From contig NEEC01000011.1 in NCBI GenBank assembly GCA_002189035.1, forward strand, positions 992,001 through 1,056,000: DNA of 64,000 bases. The letters are read 5' to 3'. Numbering within the stretch: position 1 is the first letter of the stretch; each line of letters opens with the position of its first letter. Positions 50,884-61,837 of this stretch are shown one piece after another. Made by a program: the position numbers and the translations under genes. The notes under the pieces were generated by a model that had not been told where the DNA came from, ran no database searches, and worked only from the letters and a program-made list of their open reading frames with translations. Source of the stretch: Utricularia gibba. Taxonomy: Eukaryota > Plantae > Magnoliophyta.

Positions 50884-51745
50884 ATGTAATCATCAATTAA
50901 AGTATGCATTGCTCCTTCATCAAAAGAGACATCATGGGTGAAGGTAAATTTCTTCTGGTCAGTTATATAAACTCTATATCCCTTGGTAGTGTTGCTATAT
51001 CCAACAAATATACCAGATACTTTTGTTCGTGGGATTTGAGAGTAACGCATATTTCTTTCGCAGATTGACACTCTGCAATATCATCAAACAGATGTTCAGA
51101 AATGGCTTGATGTAAAGCATCCATCACTTCATCTTTTCTCTATTGAACATACTCAGCTTCCTCTTGCTGTTATGGTGTAGATTTGCTTGTTATTGTAATA
51201 GCCGGTATCTCCCTTTCAACAACATCCCAAATCTTTCGGACTCGAAGGTAGCTACGCATCTTTTTGACCCAACTTCCATACTCAGAACCATCAAATATTG
51301 AGGGTCCCATACCAGATGCCATGATAGCCACCGTTTGACAAGCTTCGTGTTGATATTTGGTAAACCACTGAGTGGGAAAGGCTGAGCGGTAAAAAAGATA
51401 CTGAAACGACCACAGGTTTGAGAACCTTACTACTCCGATACCATGTTGATGCTAGAAAGATAGAGTCTTGAAAAGGAACAAAGTGATGATTCTAATGGGA
51501 TCACCTTAGATGAAAAACGACTCGTGAACAATAAGAATGACCAAAAACCTAATTCACATGTGTTCCTAGTAGGGTTTATATATACCCAATAGCTAGGTTA
51601 CCCAACAGTGGGCCACAATCATTAAAAACACACAAAAAAGCCCAACAATTCGAACCCAACACTTTTGAACTGAAACATGACTTTATGACACAAGATTAGT
51701 GCTTCCAATCACCTTTAAGCTTTAGATTGAGGTTGATCTCCAACA
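50884..51745 (-). mobile_element. Older Ivana-like copia: LTR 51444-51745, PBS, gag N-terminus deleted straight to integrase C-terminus
   Basis: PBS TGGTATCGGAG; minus reading ..AKEICVTLKSHEQK|VSGIFVGYSNTTKGY..HDVSFDEGA. Confidence 0.85.
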
Positions 51746-52945
51746 ACAAATCGCACACTTTCTACTTTTCTTAGGATTATGATTAAATCAAATCTTAAGA
51801 CATGGGAGGAATGTTTGCCACTTGTTGAGTTGGCTTACAATAGAACCATGCATCTCACTACTAAATTATCTTCATTTGAAGTGGTTTATGACTTTAATCC
51901 TCTTACACCTTTGGATATGTTGCCTTTGCCTTGTGATGAGAAAGTTAGTTTAGATGGGAAGAAAAGTGCTGAAGCAATCAAAAGATTGCATGAGAAGGTG
52001 AAACAACAAATTGAATCCCATAACACAAAGTATGCATCAGCAGCAAACCAGGGAGACGCAAAGTTGTATTTGAACATGGAGATTGGGTTAGGCTTCATCT
52101 AAGGAAAGAGAGATTTCCAACCAAGAGGAAGTCAAAACTCCTACCTTGTGGAGATGGCCCTTTCAAAGTTGTTGAGCGCGTGAATGATAATGCATACAAG
52201 CTAGATTTACCAGGTGAGTATTCTTTTCATTCAACTTTCAATGTTGCTGATTTGTCTCCTTTCCAAATGGATACAGATTAAGGGACAAATCTTCCTAAAG
52301 AAGGGGGGATGATGAGCCCCAGGAAGCTAATGAAGAGTATTTAAAGAATGATGAGGATGATATGCAAGTGAACACTTTAGAGATAAAGATCATTCCATCG
52401 GGACCAATTACAAGAAGTCAGAGCAAGATGGTTGAAGCTAATCTTAAGGCTCTACTCAACACTATTGGAATCAACATTGGGACTGAAGTATTTCCATTAA
52501 AGTAGTTCAACTATTGGAGTCTACATCTACCTTAAAGACCAAAACATCTCCCATCTTTCATGTGTGTTCTTGGACTTATTAGATCTTTCCTTGTTATTTA
52601 GTTTGGGCTTTATAATGTTGTAGCCCAATTCTAGAGTATAAATACTCTAGACATGTACTTTTAGAAGGACCTTTAGTTCATTTTGATGTATCTTGTGACG
52701 ATTTTCCTCTTCTTTAAGTGCTTGAACACTTTTGATTTATCAAGTTTCGAGCTTGTGGTGTCCTAGGATTATCACTTCTATTTCCTTCTGCTTCTGAAGT
52801 GTGGCTCATAAATTCCCTTTCTTTTAAAGTCTGGTTGCAAGAGATCCATTCTATTGAGGGTAGATTTGGGTGGGTTCCTTTCTAAGCTTCTAAATCAACT
52901 TTTGTTCATGGGTTGCTAATCTCTTTAGATTAAAGGATTACATCA
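51746..52945 (+). mobile_element. CRM-1b integrase C-terminus, PPT and 3' LTR 52310-52945
   Basis: LKTWEECLPLVELAYN, GDGPF..NDNAYKLDLP, PPT AAAGAAGGGGGGA, TGATGAG...TACATCA. Confidence 0.9.
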
Positions 52946-53059
52946 AGTTATGGTCCTCACAACATCATCATGCATTCTCAATCCAACAGTACCAATGCCA
53001 CAGATTCATTTCATGGAATTATCTCCTAACATCTCTTCACCAACCTCAATCTTTGCATA

Positions 53060-54025
53060 TGATAAAAATCATTTTTTGTTGGGGCACACATGATATATGC
53101 ATGCAATATCAAGAATCCACGATTGTTGGAGATGTTTTGAGTTTTGTGAAGTAATTAATAATTCAGCCTTCTGCTCTTGTTGAGATAGACTAGAGGGAGT
53201 CTCTACTTTCTCTTCAATAACAAGTAAATCTCCATCACTTTCTCCTAGCATAACATTGGTTTTTCTGAGCATTCTAAAGCTTGTAGCATTCCTTCTTGAT
53301 ATGTATTTTCCTTTTACAGTAAATACATATCTTGTTACTGTGTCTACTTTTTTATCGTTCCCCTCTCTTGTCTGAATTCTGTTTCTTTTGTTGTGATCTT
53401 CCTCCGATTATCAAGGCATCTCCCTAATTTTCTGTTGTAGAACTCGCAATGGCTTTGAGCTGTACCTTGGATTCTTGTCTCTCATAGACTTTTTCAAGAG
53501 TTAAAGTCTTCTTGAAATATAGAATACCATCCCTAAAGACATCATAAGAGGAAGGTAAAGAACATGATACGATAAGTACAAGATCATGTTCATCATATTT
53601 GATTTCTGCTACCTTGAGATCTACTATCCTTAAATCTTGCAACGTGCTCATCCAATGAGCCAACTTCAGACAATTTATGAGAATATAATTTCTTTTTGAG
53701 GTAAAACTTACTGGCCATTGTCTTTGCAATATAAAGTTGCTCCACTCTCAGCCACAAGTCTCTAATTGTGTCCTTGTACACTACCTACAAAAGATTTGGT
53801 GAGAGGTACAAATAAATGGTAAACCTTGCCTTTCTATCTCTGAGTTCAATTACATCATCGTCAAACTTCTTGCTCATCTTGTCCCTACCATCAACAGCAT
53901 CATCAAGCTTCATTTGTGTGAGTACAACAAGCACTTGGAGTTGCCAAGTTGTAAACCAAGTGGATCTTTTGTCTAGTTTGGGTATATCACAACGAACAGT
54001 ACTCCTGGTGGCTAGCAGTTTGTGT
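53060..54025 (-). pseudogene. gag: Tork/Tnt1-like copia gag-protease remnant
   Basis: DIPKLDK..LTQMKLDDA, DLWLRVEQLYIAKTMASKFYLKKKLYS, CSLPSSY, WILDIACIYHVCPNK. Confidence 0.8.
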
Positions 54026-54459
54026 CGTTCCTAGCTCAGCTCATTACCTGATTACTAACTTGCATTATATTTGAGATATGCAGTGTTTTTTTTTTTTTTT
54101 TTTTGTAGAGAAAGGCAAGCGACACAAAGGTTATGTGAAAACCCTTAATGGAAAAAAGCATAGGCTGGAAATGGCACACAAATATGAAGAAGTACAAGAG
54201 ATTATAGAAAGCACTCGCACACAGGCCACACTGCTCACAATGAGAAAATCAAGGTCTAAAATCATACTGCAAACCAAGATCTCTTGGAATATTGCTGACA
54301 CCATGATGTTAAAGTGATGTGTAGTATTGTGATTATTCCTTTTAACAAGTTTTACTTAGTGGGCCTTCCTGTGTGATTAATGTGAATGGTTTTTAACACC
54401 GATTTTTGTATTTTCCTCAGAGGTTGTTTAGTCTTTTGGAAGGCAAAAAAAAAGAAAAA

Positions 54460-54760
54460 AAAAACCAGAATACCTTCTCATGCTCATTGGCGGAAGCCGA
54501 GTATCTCAGTATGGCTACCGCAACAATAGAGCTCTTATGGATCCTTTACAGTCTATTCACATGCGCATTCCCTTCTGGTGTGACAGCCAGTCGGCCATTC
54601 ACATTATAGCTAACTTGATAATGCACTAAACACAACAATATGCCTTCTGTAGAGCAGCTTGTGGACGTCTTTACTAAGGCTCCCGATTCCCGGCCCTTTC
54701 GTTCCATTATTTTCAATCGGAGGTTGCATTTCATCCTCCACCAGCGTGAGGGTTAAAGTC
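54460..54760 (+). pseudogene. Copia RNase H fragment (Ale-like) with PPT-like end
   Basis: SCSLAEAEYLSMA..ELLWI, PSVEQLVDVFTKA, ends TGAGGG. Confidence 0.7.
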
Positions 54761-54855
54761 AGAAGTCAATATGCAGCGAGTCACAAGTCAACCGCCATGT
54801 AGTCACGAGTGCAGCTACATAGGCAATGTAGGGGATCATTCCGTTACTGATATTT

Positions 54856-55939
54856 TTGGGTCCACAGGCCGTTGTTTTTTTTGATCAAATAGTATCTACC
54901 TCTTGTTTCCCATTTTACTATAAATTCGGTTGTATTCATTATTTTGAATTGGAAAGACAAATACAATCACTTTGTGCAAATCGATTTGTGGGAATTCGTA
55001 AAGAAAAAGATGATGATTCTATTCCAAGAAGAGGAAAATTCGGCCTCTGTCAAAGACGTCACATCTGGAGATGCAAAACCCATGGATTTTAATCCTGAAA
55101 TGAAATTTCGGATTATAGAGGAAAGGTTAGATTGAAAGATAGTCAAATCTTTGTTTATGCCATTGATATATGGAAAAACTTTTCATGCCACTGGAGAAGA
55201 TCTTCAAAACCATTTTGATAATTATTTGTTGATTCGAGCCGATGTCACTTTATTAGCAAGATTATGTTATGATTTTATGAAATCTGAATTCCCCGATATT
55301 TTGAATTTCATGAAGTTGATTTCCGGCGTAGGCTGTTTTTGTTTAACAATCTCAAGGCCAACTTCACCCTATTTAACTATCTGGCAGGGTTATATGGCAT
55401 AAGATAAAGGTAAAAGGTATCCAATAACAATTAAAGTGCCTACTAACAAGAGAGTCAAGAGAAAGACTATAGCCGCCATAGGCGCTAACTTTATTCGCTA
55501 AAAGGACGCCCAATTGCAATGGCAGTGATTCAACCACTATTAAATCAAAAGATTCCTACGTATAGAGTGCATTATAACTTTATTGCAATACCAGCGTACA
55601 TACTCATTGCCATATCACTATATTCAAACCTTTACCAATATGGGACACCCTCTTCAAATAGTCAACCAGTTTATCAAAATCAATTTGATTTATCCATATG
55701 TATCCAGGACTAAATACTGATTATACCTGGATGACGAACCAATTCCATCTGACTATTTTAAAAAATGTTTAATATCTGTTACCAAACGTAAAAAATGGGA
55801 ATAAAAGTTGAATCAATTTATGGGTTTTTATGAGACCTATATAAATAATGTTTTATACGGCAATCTAAAATAGAATGAATTTCAAACACTTATGTTAAAA
55901 CATTTATATAACATAAAAAGTTAGAGCATACACTACTAA
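54856..55939 (+). pseudogene. Decayed single-subunit (T7-like) RNA polymerase C-terminus of plant mitochondrial linear-plasmid type
   Basis: D*KIVKSLFMPLIYGKT (motif B, 55130-55180), ITIKVPTNKRVKRKT..ANFIR*KDA-IAM, IPTYRVHYNFI (motif C, HDNF), C-terminal SIHY* at 55925-55939; 5' boundary uncertain. Confidence 0.75.
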
Positions 55940-56329
55940 GAATATTAAGATGGGGTTATCAAATCTATGTGAACTCCTGTTTCTATTAAGCACCTAAGAG
56001 ATATATGGAGGAGGGGTACTGGGACCTTTTCGATGATGGAGAACAACGTGCGACATGATCTCTTTTGATCCCCTAGGGTACCTAGGCAGCGTGTAAAGAA
56101 CTCTCAGGTCCTGTTGTTTTCAGTGTCCGTCTGTATGTTTTCTATTTCTCTTTGAAAATATGGATCTATAGGTGTGTTTATAATTTTTTTAGGATATGTA
56201 ATAGATCAAATAATAAATGGATAACTTGTTCTTTTCACATTCTTTGGAAAAGTCCATCTCATTACAATCGAACTAAATAAGAATAACTCATTTGATCTGT
56301 ATTTTATCTCTTGTTTTTCATGTCGTTTG

Positions 56330-58400
56330 AGAGAAAGAGTGTCAAAAGGTGTGTGTGTATTTTCCCTAGGAATTTCTTACACATCTAAGGATGTTTGTTA
56401 TTTTGCAATGTTTTAAACTCATATCCTCACTTGATATATTTGGTATATCAGGAAAGTCCGTGAAAACACACGTTTCAAAGTAGTCTTGAGTGATTGCCCA
56501 GTGAGAACTCATGTAAGAAGCCATTGAACGAGTTCCAGTTTTCAGATTCGAGTTCGGATGGTACTATTAGGCTTCGCCGCTTGAGAATACCCTTATGAAA
56601 AAGATGAAACAACGTAGGAACTCATAAACGAGAATCTCAGCGCAGCAAGAAAAGTGATCCTTGACACAAGGAGCACGAGGAAAGCAAGCATACAAGTTGG
56701 TAGCTCTAGTTTTTTATGTGGCTTGAGAATGCAACAAGGTATGTGTGTATTTCCAACAGAAATGGTTATGCCTACCGAAATACATGAAAAATGAAAAAAT
56801 GATGAAAATCAATATGATTAATTGATGATGAAGAATACTTTTCAATTCGCTTCAAAAGTCACTAATTGTTACTATATTATCAATCACGTTAACAATTTAT
56901 CCCACTCCAATCATGAACGCTGGATAGCCTTGAAGACGTCAGCTGTTCAACCGTCCGCTACTATCATCGCTTGTTCGAGAATTCATATGTACCCATACAT
57001 AGCCAGAAACAGCTATTACTACTTAGTACGGACTCAAACATTCTAGGAAATCCTCTAATATCAAACATTCGTATGTTTAAACTTGAATGCAAAATCAAGA
57101 TGGGAGTCTTCTTAGCAACTAAGTGCTACGCCTTAAACATTGACAAGTAGTAGATCTCGAATGTAAGGGCCTTGCTAAAGATTTAATCACATCAGAGTGC
57201 TTTAAAACACAATTAGCAAATCTCGAACAAATCGAGAAAATATGTAAGGAAGCTAATTTGAGAATGGATTGGAAAATACTACTAGTAGGCAAGATGGAGT
57301 TGAACATAAAACAAGAATGGCTAAGAATACCAAAAGTATGCATTGCAAAAATGATAAATGGATAGACATAAAACCTATACATGTCATTGATTAAAAGATC
57401 ATGACCTGAACATTATTCTCAAATATGACTATGCCCTCAGAACTCGAAAACACTACAAAAAAACCAAAATACAACTAATCAGACAGAGAACAAGATATAT
57501 TTGATAGAGTCCATGACAAGAAAAAGAGAGAAGATAAAACATTGAAAGAGAATGAGCACTTTTTTCCAAGAACAAGGGCATATATGGAAAAGAAAAGAGA
57601 GAAAAGAACAATTCCAAAACTTTTTAGGATTCCCATAAGATTGGATGAAGTAAATGGAAGAGTTGATTAAACGCAAACAACAAATACTAATAATGAACAA
57701 AGAAAACAAGACCAGAGAAGAGCTGGAAGAGTTGAAAGAACATTCACCCTCGAATCAAAAAGAAATGAATTAGAAAAGTAAAAATAGCAACATTCTCGGC
57801 ATTTTTATTAAAATACTTGTGTCAGACAAAAAATTTTATCAAATTGCCTGTTGTTTTTTTCTTATTATTAGAATACCAATGGTTTAGAATTTTATTGCTA
57901 AACAACCTGCATTTTATCTCCAGATCGGATTCCGGCAAGTCACCGAGACCCGTTTCCATTGACGGCGTGCCTCGGGAGTGCTCTGCCCACAAACGAAGAA
58001 GGATAGCATCGCGATGGCTCAAAACCCCATGAAAGCCTAAGAACCAGCCGGGAGACTAATTCTTACAAACTTGTAGTAAGCTCTATGTCGCTGCTACAAA
58101 ATATATTACTTTTTTTAATTTTTCTAAAATTTCTATTTTTGAATCTAAATCGAAATCTGAAATTTTCGAAATTTATAATATAGATGTGAATAGAGTTAAA
58201 AAAAAATCATGAAATTGAATAATAAGGTTTTTAAAAGCTTTTTTTGTAATAAAATATTTGATTGAAAATAAAAAGAAAAGATGTGGTCAAACCACAGGTA
58301 TTTTGATAAGTCAAAAAAAAAACAACAGACATTTTAGAAAAAAAAATTTCTGACACAGGTAAAACACAATTTCTGCAACATTTTCCAAGGGTGATGAGAA
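56330..58400. other. Unassigned TE-like non-coding sequence, possibly Athila/Tat LTR-UTR remnants
   Basis: Compositional impression and weak motif (GDLPESDLEIKCRL, 57850-57970 minus) only. Confidence 0.25.
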
Positions 58401-58470
58401 CATGAGCTGAAGAAGCTACCAGTTCATTTAGAAGAGAAGAGTGAAATATAACCACTATATAGACACACCA

Positions 58471-58782
58471 AATTTGATTCTTTACAACTCCTATATTCGA
58501 AGTAAAATGTTGTCCAATTACACCACGAATTACAAAGGTCTGGGAAAGCTATATTGCTATTTTGTTTGGCAATCCACATGGATGTTCTTGTACTCATTTT
58601 TCCTATATTTGAAGTAAGAAGTGTATCCATGGCTTCTTGCACTCATTTTTCCTAACACGTGGCTCACTCTCCTCGCATAGATCCACTTGTTGTTAATAGA
58701 TTGGCAAGAGTATTGTGCCGATATATCACTCTTCTATAGAGTTCATTAATATTTGAGCTCATGAATTTACCACCATCTCTAT
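58471..58782 (-). pseudogene. rpoC1: Plastid-derived rpoC1 fragment, decayed and internally deleted
   Basis: [43 protein letters not shown] and [37 protein letters not shown] match land-plant RpoC1. Confidence 0.92.
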
Positions 58783-60569
58783 GAGGTCATCCTATTGAGC
58801 TCATGAACATTACATAATTTTCGCTCATAAGGGCTGACATATTCTCACTAGATATAGTCTCAAATACTAGATAGATGGTGAGATACCCACATAACACCCA
58901 CAAGGTAGGACATCATTCTCTACAATTTTTCCCATGACAACACCCATCCACACTAGTCTAGCACCATCCACAAGCTAAGCACCCTTCAACCTTGAGTCCC
59001 ATACAACTCACTTCCCTAACCTCCCAACACCCACGATCCCACCTCACTTCCGAGCCCAGCACCACGCCGTGCTTCCTCGTGAACCTAGACACAAAGATAC
59101 GTGAAAGGAATGAAAAGAAAAACAACGCATAACCTTTTTTAGGAGGAAACCTTTTTAGAAAAACCTTGAGTGCTCCACACCAGGCCGTAATTCTCAACTA
59201 TCACCAATTACGATACACAGTAAGAATCATAGTTCCTGAATCAGGTTCAAGAACCCAAACAACAATTACACTGCTATTCTTGCGATACACAAGCTATTAC
59301 ACCACCACTTTAATTTCCAACTTCTGATCGTCACTAGAGAGTCTTCTAAGTTACGTCCTTGTCTCTAACAAAGTTGCCATTGTTGAATCAGTTGAAGTCG
59401 TCAATGCTTCCCTTGTTTTCTTTAGATAATTCAGCAGCAACCTCATAGCCGTAGCAGTTATTCTTGATGGACTCGTATACCAAAAATCAGCTGATCGTGG
59501 GACCTGCTTCATCTGGCCCATTAGGAGAGTGAATTGACCCACCATACCTCCACTCCCCTCCCTCAGTAAACTCCACGATCTACGTGCACTCATGCTCGCC
59601 AAGTGCCATGCACCTTCCTACACCACCTAAGCGAATGACTGCATCCTACGCAACCTAGCTGTACCCTTGTGTGCCAAACTTTGCGTTACGCTCCCCATCC
59701 TGAGCGCTCATTGCATAGCACGTGCACAAAATGGCTGACACGCCCGTCAATATTCCCCCGACCCTGCGCAAAATATAACCTGTGTATTCGAGACCAAGCC
59801 TCTAGTTCCCAACATTGGTCTCTGAAGACTAGGGCTATCTTCTATTCACACATTCAAAGCTAGCCTTCTTTCCAACCAGAGTGGGAAAGAGACACATGAA
59901 AATGCCTAACAAAAATTCACCCCAACGGAAGTGAATAAACTTAACCCCTTACCTTCCGATTGCCTCCCCGAACCTGAATCTTTATCACCTGCCATGAATT
60001 GAGTAGCTCCACCCTCGCCCACAACCTCCTCGATTTTTGTGTCCATCTTGCACGATTTCTCCCATACACTGCTAACCTCCCATCTATTTACACTACTAAA
60101 CTCCCATCTATTTATATGGCTCCCAAGGCTTGGCCCAACATGCTCGGCCACGCATACTAAAGATTCATCTTTTATGTTTATATTCAATTATTATGATTGT
60201 ATGTGTTTTTCCATATTTATTTTTCTTGTTTTGTTGAAAAAAATTCATGTTTTTTTGTTGAAATACAACATCATGATTCTTTGTTTATTATCTCTTAACT
60301 TATATTTTTGTTACGTTATTTTCTACTATCTTAATTGTAATTACATGTTTTTTTTGGTTGTAAGAAAAGTGGTTTTTTTTCCTGTCTTTAAAATTATTCA
60401 CGTAAGGCTTTTTGGTTTTTTATTTACCATGGTCATGCTTTTCTTATTTTATAGTTATTTACGTGTGGCATTTTTGTTTGTAGCTTCAATCATGATTGTT
60501 TGATTGGTTTTGTGGAGTGTTTCAATCATGCCTAGTAACGAAAAGCTATAGATTAAACATGCATTAAAA

Positions 60570-61281
60570 GAAAAAGAGAACAACACTAGGACTTAATATC
60601 AATGTAAGCCAGATGAAGAGAGATGTTAATTCAAACATTAAAGCAAATAGTGGAAGTTAATTATCTTCAAGCCTTGGAAGAAACTTTTCTTAATCTTTCT
60701 CCAAGCTCAAATATTCGAGCAATTCCTCACCTTCACTAAAAAGTACATATTTGGAAAAAAAAAAAGACAATAATAGCTTGGTTGATTTTTTGTCTATGTC
60801 TGGAACTGGATTTGACCATGTTACAAATACTCTAGATGCCACTGAGGAATTATGGGCAGAATTCAAATATGTATTGAATTCTCATTAACACTTTTTAAAT
60901 TTTCTTGTTACTCAATATTTAACCATATTTATGTAGTTTTTGTTGAGGCAATATAATGAAAGAGTGTATAATGTTATGAGATATAACACTGGACAATACG
61001 ACAAAACTCTTTATGATGCACGAGAACAACAACAAAGGCACAGTGAAAAGCGCAATTTAGAATGATGTAACAATGATGTTGGAATTCAATGATGTAATCA
61101 GCTCAATAATTGTTACTTCAATGCTTTTTATGCATACGAAGAATGCCCATCTATTAAATATAGAAGTACACAATTCATAGTTAGTAAATCTACTCCAAGC
61201 AATGCAAATGTTGATTCACAAAATGCATCTAATTCCCCGAAGAGGAAGAAGATGGTTTCTGAGTTTGGAGAGCTAATGATA
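60570..61281 (+). pseudogene. PIF/Harbinger-type Myb/SANT-like gene remnant (may resume after the solo LTR to ~62050)
   Basis: KPDEE.MLIQTLKQIV..YLQALEE..NIRAIPHLH*KVHIWKK.NNSLVDFLSMSGTGFDHVTNTLDATEELWAEF at ~60600-60865; GT..AG intron-like stretch follows. Confidence 0.75.
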
Positions 61282-61837
61282 TGATGAGATCATTGATGTC
61301 ATAGACAAAGACAATGAAGATAAAGAAAAAGACACCATTCCTTCACAATTTCACTTAGGCCAATCATTGGATTAAGAGCCAAAAAGAATCAAGAGCTACT
61401 AAAGGGATTATGATTAGCAAATCAATGAAGAATATGAGATTGAGTTCAATTTACTCAAATTGGACCAAGTGAAGTAAAGTTGGGTTATTACTTTCTAGCT
61501 CACTTCTAGTACTTTTATTTTGACTCGGCCTATTTCCATAATTATATAAGAAGAGTCTCATCCTTGTTTAAAGATAACTCTGATTGTAATGTGTTTTGAG
61601 AGTTATACCCCTTTCTTGAGTTCTTGTAAAACTTTATACTTATCAAACTTTATCTGTGGTATCTAGTATGGTTATTACTTCCATTTTCTTCTTTGTTCTG
61701 TGAGTGTGACACCATTTTCATAATTTGGGTTGCAAGGATATTCATTTCTTGAAGGCCAACTTCTTTTCTTGAAGTATTGCTTAATTTGATCCCAAGATTT
61801 GGTTTGCCAAATACTTGTTGTTTGGAGAGTCGTATCA
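61282..61837 (+). repeat. CRM-2 solo LTR (556 bp), TSD TGATA/TGATT
   Basis: TGATGAGATCATTG...GTCGTATCA; 4/5 flank match; no PBS or PPT. Confidence 0.88.

Noticed and set aside
3778-51443. TGGTATCAGAGC sites as tRNA genes
   Set aside because: 12-14-nt complements of tRNA-iMet next to LTR ends, i.e. primer binding sites
612-52945. Any intact autonomous LTR element
   Set aside because: No 5'/3' LTR pair in proper orientation shares a TSD; every pol has stops, frameshifts or deletions
57780-57830. Athila tRNA-Asp PBS
   Set aside because: Too degenerate (TTCTCGGCA only) to support; kept only as a low-confidence region call
60039-60503. 154-aa hydrophobic ORF
   Set aside because: Low-complexity T-rich DNA gives F/L/I/V runs; no motif
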